25,086 nucleotides of DNA, taken from a virus. Taxonomy: Duplodnaviria; Caudoviricetes. Both the position numbers and the translations under genes were made by a program. How positions within the stretch are numbered: position 1 is the first letter of the stretch; each line of letters opens with the position of its first letter. Shown piece after piece: positions 8,593-15,727 of the stretch. Location of the stretch: IMG/VR virus record IMGVR_UViG_3300030433_001699, positions 1 to 25,086 of that record; one strand, written 5' to 3'. Under the pieces are notes generated by a model. It made no database searches. It was given only the letters and a program-made list of their open reading frames with translations, and was not told where the DNA came from.

Positions 8593-8865
8593 TCAATCCT
8601 TCTTATTCAACTGGTGTTCCTGAAGCGTCTCCACCTTAGCAATTCTCTCTCTCATTTTATTAACTTCTGTCCATAGTTCAACACGTCCTTCTCGACAGAT
8701 ATTCGAGTTTTGAACCACTTCAGTTTTCACCACTTCCAAAGCTTGCTGTAAGCGTTCCAACTGTTCAACAGTTTTTCCAAGTGTTCGTGCTGCATAGAAG
8801 ATCAAAGAACCAACAGACGCAAGCAAGCCGACAATGTGCCATATAGAATCGAAATCAACAGACAT
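8593..8865 (-). CDS. Single-TM coiled-coil protein (holin-like)
   Basis: N-terminal TM (IWHIVGLLASVGSLIFYAA), coiled coil, charged C-terminus; AAAGGA RBS; inverted relative to its neighbours. Confidence 0.55.
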   Translation of the reverse strand: MSVDFDSIWHIVGLLASVGSLIFYAARTLGKTVEQLERLQQALEVVKTEVVQNSNICREGRVELWTEVNKMRERIAKVETLQEHQLNKKD

Positions 8866-8883
8866 AAAATATCCTTTCAGTTG

Positions 8884-8939
8884 TTTGATTCAATGATACT
8901 GTTTTTTCGCTTTGATACAATCAAAAATCATGCTAGTGT
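8884..8939. promoter_or_regulatory. Overlapping divergent promoters with palindromic operator candidate
   Basis: Plus TTGATA (8912-8917)-N16-TAGTGT with extended TG; minus TTGTAT (8920-8915)-N16-TATCAT; palindrome TTTGAT-ACA-ATCAAA at 8911-8925 with a degenerate copy at 8884-8898. Confidence 0.45.
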
Positions 8940-8975
8940 GTTATGTGTTTACATATCATATAAAGGCAAGATGAC

Positions 8976-9134
8976 ATGAAAAAGGATTTAATTGTTCGGG
9001 TTCCAATCACTATGTTTGATGAACTCACAGAAACAGCAAGACAAGAGAACAAGCCACGCTCTTACCTGGTAAGAGAGATTCTTCAAATTGGACTCGAGAA
9101 GAGAAAAGAGAAAGCCAATGCTAAACCAAATTAA
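8976..9134 (+). CDS. Ribbon-helix-helix (CopG/Arc-like) regulator, 52 aa; absent from the ORF track
   Basis: Translation MKKDLIVRVPITMFDELTETARQENKPRSYLVREILQIGLEKRKEKANAKPN fits the RHH pattern (beta strand, helix, RS.LVRE.L helix). Confidence 0.75.
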   Translation: MKKDLIVRVPITMFDELTETARQENKPRSYLVREILQIGLEKRKEKANAKPN

Positions 9135-9432
9135 TCTGATTGGACGTGTTGGACATACTCCTGAATCTGATTCAAGCAAGAACGGAAAAGTCTTCACTCG
9201 ATTCTCCATTGCAGTCAATGATCAGATCAACAAAGATGAGGTTCAATGGTTCAACTGTGTGGCCTTTGGTAGAAGAGGTGAATACATTGCCAAGTACATC
9301 TCAAAAGGTAATAAGGTCTACATTGAAGGCAAGATGAAATCCAAGATGTTCAACAATGGAATGTCTAGTGAAGAGAAATGGAGAGTCATGGTTGACAAAG
9401 TAATTTTATTGGAGAAGAAGAATGAAAGTTGA
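9118..9432 (+). CDS. ssb: Single-stranded DNA-binding protein (OB fold only)
   Basis: MLNQINLIGRVG..PE, FSIAVN, QWFNCVAFG, YISKGNKVYIEGK. Confidence 0.9.
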   Translation: MLNQINLIGRVGHTPESDSSKNGKVFTRFSIAVNDQINKDEVQWFNCVAFGRRGEYIAKYISKGNKVYIEGKMKSKMFNNGMSSEEKWRVMVDKVILLEKKNES

Positions 9433-9625
9433 AGAAATCGATACATATCGAATCAAAGAACTTGATATTGAAATTCATGAAATACTCTTAATCATGGATG
9501 TTTCAAGAGAACTCTTAAAACGTGCTAAACCAGTCTATCAAAAGATTGAAGCATTGCTCGAACAAGAGAAGAAGAACCGAGAAGAAGAGATTCGTTCTTT
9601 ATTGATTGAGGTGGATGATGAGTAA
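9422..9625 (+). CDS. Hypothetical helical protein
   Basis: Fills the gap and overlaps both neighbours; charged and coiled-coil-like. Confidence 0.55.
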   Translation: MKVEEIDTYRIKELDIEIHEILLIMDVSRELLKRAKPVYQKIEALLEQEKKNREEEIRSLLIEVDDE

Positions 9626-10094
9626 TGAAAACCTTTCAGCTTTAGCGGCTCGAGAAGCATTGATCTCTGATCTAAACTCTAAGAGCAAAAAGAGCAAATC
9701 AACGCGCGCGACTAAATACACCAAGATCAGGGCACACAATATCTGCTCCAACATTGCAAGTGGCAACACACTCAGAGCAGCTGCCCTTGCAGAAGGAATC
9801 AGTGAAGCTACTCTCCATCGATGGAGAAACGAAAAAACGGACTTTGCAAAAATGGTTGAGCAGGCTATTGGAGTAAGTGAAGCAAATCTAGTCCAAAAGC
9901 TTACTTCTTCAGAAGATTGGAGAGCAGCAGCATGGATCCTGGAAAGACGTTTTCCTCAAACTTGGTCGAAGAAGGACCATATTGATATGCATGTTTCGAG
10001 ATCAGAAGGCCTTGAGGAAATCAAGATGATGATTCAGCAAACAGACCATCTTCTCAACATTGAACGAACTAACGAAACCGAAGAAAAGGATTGA
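9618..10094 (+). CDS. Putative terminase small subunit (HTH)
   Basis: TKYT...IC..IASG.TLRAAA..EGISEATLHRW HTH and DWRAAAWILERRFP..W motif; GAGGTGG RBS. Confidence 0.65.
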   Translation: MSNENLSALAAREALISDLNSKSKKSKSTRATKYTKIRAHNICSNIASGNTLRAAALAEGISEATLHRWRNEKTDFAKMVEQAIGVSEANLVQKLTSSEDWRAAAWILERRFPQTWSKKDHIDMHVSRSEGLEEIKMMIQQTDHLLNIERTNETEEKD

Positions 10095-10095
10095 T

Positions 10096-11172
10096 ATGAT
10101 TATTGACACACCACCAGCACACCACCAAGAACTTCATCACCATTGGGAGAGATGCAATGCACAGATGAAGATCTTTGGTGAACAAATCCAAAAGAGTCAA
10201 CGCAAGACCCTTGGATATATTCGCAAGCTTGGAGATGCACTGCTTGAAGCTGCTCGAATCGAGTATCAAATCAGTAAGCATGAAGAAGACTCTGATAAAC
10301 TAAAACAATCTGCTTTTGCTTTAGACTATGCAATCAAAAAGGGGAGTCAATCAACAGGCTTATCTCGAGATCTCTTGCGTGCTGCTTTTTGGGATGCTTC
10401 TAAACGTGATCATGATCCAGATGGAGAATCCATTGGTTCATCCAGGATGGACTTGGAAAACTATCATTATCAAGCAAACAAAGTCCTCCCTCTCTTCTTC
10501 GATCAACGCAATGAAACAGACCTGAATCAGATCATTAGTCTTGGAAAGGACAATGATCCAAAGCGGATTGCGAATCAAGTTTACCTGGTAGACTTTGGAA
10601 AGACCTTCAAGGTTGGAAAAACATGTGATGGTCCACAAAGATTTAATCAGTTAAAAGTTCAGCTTAATGTGGATGAGATTAAACCCTATTTTATCCGAGA
10701 GTATGCCAATGCTGGAAAGATGGAGAATATGGCTTTGAACTTCTTAAGAGCAGAAGGCCTTTCAATCACATCCTCCAAAAAGGAAATCTTCTTGAAGCAT
10801 CCACCAGCCTTCCAACATGTTTACAATCTCCTTTCAGGTAATCCAACTGAAGAGTATGAGTTTGTAAGTGTGGAGCTGACCAAGGCACAAAAAGAACTCA
10901 CATCTGTTCTTGTCAACTGCAGAATTGTTACAGATGTGGATGGATATCGAAAAGTAAAGATCCAAGAATGGAGTTCTGAAATCGTATCTATTGGATATTA
11001 TCATTTCAAAGATCCATACTTCTTCAAGACAGACTCTCCAAGCTTTGTGAACGATATGATTGATACTTATCTTCAACTTGGATTGAGTGAAGTTGACCTG
11101 AGAGTGAGAGAATACATCCTAAACATTATCCAAATTCAACGAGACTATGGAAGATTCAATGCAAGTATTTAA
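10096..11172 (+). CDS. T5orf172/GIY-YIG-like domain protein
   Basis: VYLVD....FKVGKT....RF.QL.....E......KEIF pattern in the central region; AAGGA RBS before ATG 10096. Confidence 0.6.
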   Translation: MIIDTPPAHHQELHHHWERCNAQMKIFGEQIQKSQRKTLGYIRKLGDALLEAARIEYQISKHEEDSDKLKQSAFALDYAIKKGSQSTGLSRDLLRAAFWDASKRDHDPDGESIGSSRMDLENYHYQANKVLPLFFDQRNETDLNQIISLGKDNDPKRIANQVYLVDFGKTFKVGKTCDGPQRFNQLKVQLNVDEIKPYFIREYANAGKMENMALNFLRAEGLSITSSKKEIFLKHPPAFQHVYNLLSGNPTEEYEFVSVELTKAQKELTSVLVNCRIVTDVDGYRKVKIQEWSSEIVSIGYYHFKDPYFFKTDSPSFVNDMIDTYLQLGLSEVDLRVREYILNIIQIQRDYGRFNASI

Positions 11173-12052
11173 TGAAGAGTTGACCGTCCATCCATATGCA
11201 GACTGCTATCCAATGATCAGTGGTGAAGCTTGGTGTCGATTCTGTGAGTCCATCATGGAGAGCAAAGGACCACTCCAAAAGATCGTTGTCTGGAAAGACC
11301 AAGAGCGAAACACAACCTGGTTGATCGATGGAAGAAACCGATTGAAGGCTTGCCAAGATCTTCGAATCCAAATCAAGGAAGCAATCTACAAAGACTTCCA
11401 AGATGATGATGAGGTGAGAACCTTTATCAATGGGATTAATGAGCAAAGAAGGCATATGACCAAGCAACAAAGAACTGCGGTTGCGTTGGAGATGATGAAG
11501 GTTCAGAAGGAACTTGGAAAGAAAAGGATGAGTAAAGGTGGATCTCATACCAAGGAAACTTACTCGGAAAAAGGTTTGAACAATTGTTCAAACCTTTCTT
11601 CTCATGATTCAAGGAAGATTGTAGCTGAAGAATTGGATGTGAATGTTGGAGAAATCACAAGAGCCAAGATCATCCAAGATAGAGGGACGAAAGAAACCTT
11701 TGAAGCGTATAAGCAAGGCCTTGCTTCTACCAATGCCTTACGCTTGATTTCTGATCTTCCTGAAGAAGAACAAGTGGAGATTGTCAACCAAGGCAAAAAG
11801 GCCATTAAGGAAAAGGCGAGTGAGATTCGAGCAATCAAGAAGAGGGAGAAGCTAGAAGCAATCCATCCTTCACAGCGTCCTACTCAAGATCTTGGCTATC
11901 AGATCATAAAAGGAACTCACCATAGTACAATGGTGATTGACTGTGCTGTGATGACTATTGACGGACGAAAGAGAATGAAGATCCAAGTTGACCAAGAGTA
12001 TTGCAATAAGATCATTGCACTCTTAAGACAATCAGATTGGTTTAATGGATGA
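11159..12052 (+). CDS. ParB N-terminal-like domain protein
   Basis: HPYAD.YPM, LIDGRNRL.AC and N..RRHMT..QR, followed by an HTH-like segment (SRKIVAEELDVN). An alternative start exists at 11147. Confidence 0.75.
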   Translation: MQVFNEELTVHPYADCYPMISGEAWCRFCESIMESKGPLQKIVVWKDQERNTTWLIDGRNRLKACQDLRIQIKEAIYKDFQDDDEVRTFINGINEQRRHMTKQQRTAVALEMMKVQKELGKKRMSKGGSHTKETYSEKGLNNCSNLSSHDSRKIVAEELDVNVGEITRAKIIQDRGTKETFEAYKQGLASTNALRLISDLPEEEQVEIVNQGKKAIKEKASEIRAIKKREKLEAIHPSQRPTQDLGYQIIKGTHHSTMVIDCAVMTIDGRKRMKIQVDQEYCNKIIALLRQSDWFNG

Positions 12053-12594
12053 AGTACACTTGCTGCCCTCTATGCAAAGACGTTGAAGAGATGCTTACTC
12101 GATGTAATGAGGAACGCATGGACCAGCTGAAGAAGTACGCTTATCGATTCACGGTAAATGATGATGATGCAATGGACTTGATTCAGGAATCGTTTTTGAA
12201 CGTCTGGAAGAAAAGGCACTCTCTCCACTTCGAGCATCTTAACGGATTGACCAAGTTCATCAAACAAGACATTTATTGGAAAGCAATCACTATGAAGCAA
12301 AAGCGAATCAAGAAGAGTTCAACCTTCTCAGATGCAGATGCAGAATCCATTGGCCGCCTTATGCCTTCTCACTTGACTGCCGATTTGAGGGATTGGGAAA
12401 GATTCGTCCATCAGGCTTGCATTGGAAAGTCAATCCAGTTCTCCTTGATTGCACAACTCAAGTTTGTTCAAGAGTATAGAAATATGGATATAGCTGAAAT
12501 GATTGGATGTTCTAAGATTGCAATCAACACTTACGTTTCAAGAATCAGAACGCACTTGAAGGAGCATTTAGAGAATGCAGTTACAACTCAATGA
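12049..12594 (+). CDS. ECF-type sigma-70 family RNA polymerase sigma factor
   Basis: Region 2 LKKYAYRF....DDAMDLIQESFLNVW; region 4 YRNMDIAEMIGCSKIAINTYVSRIRTHL; 181 aa. Confidence 0.75.
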   Translation: MKYTCCPLCKDVEEMLTRCNEERMDQLKKYAYRFTVNDDDAMDLIQESFLNVWKKRHSLHFEHLNGLTKFIKQDIYWKAITMKQKRIKKSSTFSDADAESIGRLMPSHLTADLRDWERFVHQACIGKSIQFSLIAQLKFVQEYRNMDIAEMIGCSKIAINTYVSRIRTHLKEHLENAVTTQ

Positions 12595-13945
12595 TCTTCA
12601 ACAAAACATCATTGCAAGAATCCGTAAACAGGATAAAGTGATAAGCGCGCGGTGTGGATGGGGTTCAGGTAAAACAAGTGGCTTGGTCTTTGCTCTTTGG
12701 TTCATCTCTCGAATAAGACCTGGTACATCCTCATTGCTCATCACTGATACTTCTCCACGTTATAGATCTGTTCTTGGTCCTGAGCTAGAAAAATGGCTTG
12801 GTCCGATTGGATGGACTTTCAACAGCTTGGAGAGTAAATGGACTGATCCAATCACAGGCTCTTCAATATGGTGCCGTTCTTACTTTCGCCCTGGTACAAG
12901 AGAAGCAACTCACAATCCTTTGGAGGGATTAAATATCACAAGTGGAGTGGCCTTGATCGATGAATGCCAAACCTTCCAAACTGATGAAGTTGCACAAAAG
13001 GCCCTTGGTCGTTTAAGAAGTGGACCTTCACCAATCCTCATTCTAGTTGGTCTTCCTGTTAGTGACGCTTGGTGGTGTCAATTATCGGAGAAGGCTGGAT
13101 ATAATCCATTGCTCTTCACTTCCTATGTCAATCAAGATAATCTTTCAGATGAATGGTTTGAAGCAACTAAACTTCTTCCTGAAGAAGAACGTCTTGCAAT
13201 GGTCATGAATGAACCAAGGCCACCAACGGGATTGATTTATAATGAATGGACTTCCTCTCATGTCATAGATGACTTTGTTTACCAGGAAGAGATGAAAGGA
13301 AGAATTGCCATTGACTGGGGATTCAGAAAACCAAGTGTGTTGATTATGGTCTATGATGAAGAGCGAGAAGCAACCATCATTGTTCATGAAATCAATCCTC
13401 AAGAATGCACGGTGGAGGAACTCGCAAGGAAGATTCTCTTGATAGCTTATCCAAGGACCTTAGCACACCAAGCACCAGGTAAACGGATATGGTTAGATGG
13501 AGGTGTTGCAGATAAAGCTGGAGCAGCTCGAAATGACCAAACTGGAAGAAGTGCCTTTCGAGAGATGAGAAAGCAACCTAATCAAGGAGGAATTGGCCTT
13601 CCTCTCCGTTTCACTACTGATCCATTAATGACCAATGTGTTAAATGGAATCCAAAAAGTAAAGCGTGCAATCAACCAAAGGAAGTACCTATGCACTAGGG
13701 AAGTGTGGAGGAATGGAGAAAGAGCAACAGGCAACAGCTTCAGAAAAGCAATCCTCTCCTATGGATGGACACCAACCAAGGATGAACCGAAGAAGGATGG
13801 AAGGGAAGACCCTTTAGACGCTCTTCGATATGATTGTATTCTTCACTATTGGTCTGAACTCTCTCTTCCTTCAATGGCAAGATCCAAGCCAAGAACCAAG
13901 GCTTCCATCCAAAAGAGAAGACAGAATAAATTTAGAAATTTCTAG
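12575..13945 (+). CDS. terL: Terminase large subunit
   Basis: Walker A GWGSGKT, Walker B ALIDE, RNase H-like AIDWG and DPLDALRY; lies upstream of the portal. Confidence 0.9.
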   Translation: MQLQLNDLQQNIIARIRKQDKVISARCGWGSGKTSGLVFALWFISRIRPGTSSLLITDTSPRYRSVLGPELEKWLGPIGWTFNSLESKWTDPITGSSIWCRSYFRPGTREATHNPLEGLNITSGVALIDECQTFQTDEVAQKALGRLRSGPSPILILVGLPVSDAWWCQLSEKAGYNPLLFTSYVNQDNLSDEWFEATKLLPEEERLAMVMNEPRPPTGLIYNEWTSSHVIDDFVYQEEMKGRIAIDWGFRKPSVLIMVYDEEREATIIVHEINPQECTVEELARKILLIAYPRTLAHQAPGKRIWLDGGVADKAGAARNDQTGRSAFREMRKQPNQGGIGLPLRFTTDPLMTNVLNGIQKVKRAINQRKYLCTREVWRNGERATGNSFRKAILSYGWTPTKDEPKKDGREDPLDALRYDCILHYWSELSLPSMARSKPRTKASIQKRRQNKFRNF

Positions 13946-13950
13946 GCAGC

Positions 13951-14038
13951 AAAAAAGCCCTATGACCAAAAAATAAACCAACGTGTTCAAAATCTAAGCA
14001 GTTTAAATCTTAAAAAAAGGAAATGGTCATAAGGCTTT
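13951..14038 (-). ncRNA. Candidate antisense small RNA 2 (~90 nt)
   Basis: 16-bp inverted repeat at 13953-13968/14024-14039, whose single mismatch is a GU pair on the minus strand; U6 tail; TTGTTC (14072-14067)-N17-TATAAC (14049-14044) directly upstream. Confidence 0.45.
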
Positions 14039-14076
14039 TAGCTGTTATATCCCATTGATCTCTTCAGAACAATAGT

Positions 14077-14186
14077 AAAAGGTCTTGCTGTATGGAGATA
14101 AATGGCATGAATCCGTCACGATTCAGAACTAACTACACACTAAGACGAGTCTACAATATGTAAATAGATAAACAGCAAGACCTTTT
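14077..14186 (-). ncRNA. Candidate antisense small RNA 3 (~110 nt)
   Basis: Perfect 15-bp inverted repeat at 14077-14091/14172-14186 with an 80-nt interior; weaker TTGCAT (14220-14215)-N17-TACTTA promoter with extended TG upstream. Confidence 0.4.
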
Positions 14187-14227
14187 CAAATTAAGTAACA
14201 CTTCTTGACTTGAGATGCAATATCTTT

Positions 14228-14300
14228 TACTTGACTAATGTTTGACAGTGTCACTAATGTCACCCTCTACTTGACAACGTCACACAAAAGAAACAATAAT
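14228..14300 (+). promoter_or_regulatory. Putative late promoter region upstream of portal
   Basis: TTGACA (14271-14276)-N18-AATAAT; further TTGAC copies at 14231 and 14242; iteron-like site at 14248-14263. Confidence 0.45.
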
Positions 14301-14320
14301 TATATTCATGAGGTACATTC

Positions 14321-15727
14321 ATGAACAGAGACGACACAAGAGACACACCATATCATAAAGCCTTGTTTCCACGTTTTACTACTAAAGGTATTAGTGGAAC
14401 GCAGCTTTCAGGTGGAAAGATCACAGGCAAAGAACGCAATCCAAAGTTAACTGGAATCAACTGGATTCGAGAAGCTGAAGATATGCTGCAAACTGATCCT
14501 GTTGTTAGACGCTCTTGGCACATGTTAAGACAGACTCTCTTAAGTGCGTCTTGGAGGTTTGTTCCTGGTGTTGAGAATGATCCAGTCTCAGAAGCCCTTG
14601 CAAGTTATGCGAATGAAGCTTTTGGCTTTGATGGTTTCGCCGGTCAAATGTCGATTTCTTGGGAAGAGCAATTATCCTATTTATGGGAATTTGTGCCTTT
14701 TGGATATCGATATGCAGAAGAGATTTATAAGGTTGGACCTGATTCCAATGGTAAAGTTAGAGTGTGGCTTGATTACTTTGCTGATAGAGAACCCTCAGCA
14801 CACAACCAATGGCTTTCTCAAGATGGTCAACACTTAGACGGAGTTATTCAAAATACCGTTGGCTATACCTATACACCTGAACCGATTCCAGCAAACAAAC
14901 TCCTTCTTCTCACCTTGAACAGAACAGGATCGAATTTTGAAGGCATTGGAATGCTGCGTCCTGTGTGGTGGTGGTGGAGGACCAAGCAAAGAGTTTCAAA
15001 TCTCATGTGCGTTGGGTTGGAGCGTTGGGCCATACCAACACCCAAGGTGAAAGTAGACCGTTCACAAGCTGAACAGCAAGGATTGACTGATTCAGATCTT
15101 TCAGCAATGATCGATGATGCTGCTGACCAAGCACAGGCCTTCCTTGCAACAGAACAATCTTACCTGGTTGAATCTCCTGTAATTCAATTTGACTCGTATG
15201 GAATGACACCAAATCTTTATTCTCAAGGTCCTCTCGACATTATCAAAGAATGTGATAATCAGATTTCTCAAGCCTTCCTTGCTCAATTTGCTAATCTCGG
15301 TATTACGGATTCAGGAGCAAGATCAGTTGGAGAAGTTCACCTTTCTGTTTTCAGAAGAGCAGCAATCAATCTTTGTGATATCGTTGCTTCTCAAATTAGT
15401 GGACAAGACAGAAGAGGTGGAGGAACGATTGGACGCTTGATTAGATGGAACTTTGGTTACATCGATCCATCCAAATTACCAAGACTCACACATACAGGAT
15501 TAGACACTGATGATCTTGCTGAAAGTCTCGCAATGCTTCCTGGTCTTGTTCAGTTTGGCCTTCTCACTCCTGATAATGAACTCGAAAGAGCAATCAGAGA
15601 AAGACTTGGTGCTGGTGATCTTCCTGAAGAAGCAGAAAGAAGTGCAATGGATCGAACCTTAAAACAAGGTGGAGGTGTTGCCTCTCTTGCTGAAACTCTA
15701 ATGAGAAGGAAGAAAGCCAATGGTTAA
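14321..15727 (+). CDS. Portal protein (Mu gp29/DUF935-like)
   Basis: Follows TerL; 468 aa; FGY..AEE.Y, N.EG.G.LRP.WW.W..K, ERWAIP, I..CD.QIS and G.RS.GEVH motifs. Confidence 0.85.
   Translation: MNRDDTRDTPYHKALFPRFTTKGISGTQLSGGKITGKERNPKLTGINWIREAEDMLQTDPVVRRSWHMLRQTLLSASWRFVPGVENDPVSEALASYANEAFGFDGFAGQMSISWEEQLSYLWEFVPFGYRYAEEIYKVGPDSNGKVRVWLDYFADREPSAHNQWLSQDGQHLDGVIQNTVGYTYTPEPIPANKLLLLTLNRTGSNFEGIGMLRPVWWWWRTKQRVSNLMCVGLERWAIPTPKVKVDRSQAEQQGLTDSDLSAMIDDAADQAQAFLATEQSYLVESPVIQFDSYGMTPNLYSQGPLDIIKECDNQISQAFLAQFANLGITDSGARSVGEVHLSVFRRAAINLCDIVASQISGQDRRGGGTIGRLIRWNFGYIDPSKLPRLTHTGLDTDDLAESLAMLPGLVQFGLLTPDNELERAIRERLGAGDLPEEAERSAMDRTLKQGGGVASLAETLMRRKKANG

Noticed and set aside
13946-14186. 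Retron msr-msd, invertible segment or MITE
   Set aside because: No reverse transcriptase, invertase or transposase is present, and no clear target-site duplication is seen. A GU-compatible mismatch favours an RNA structure.
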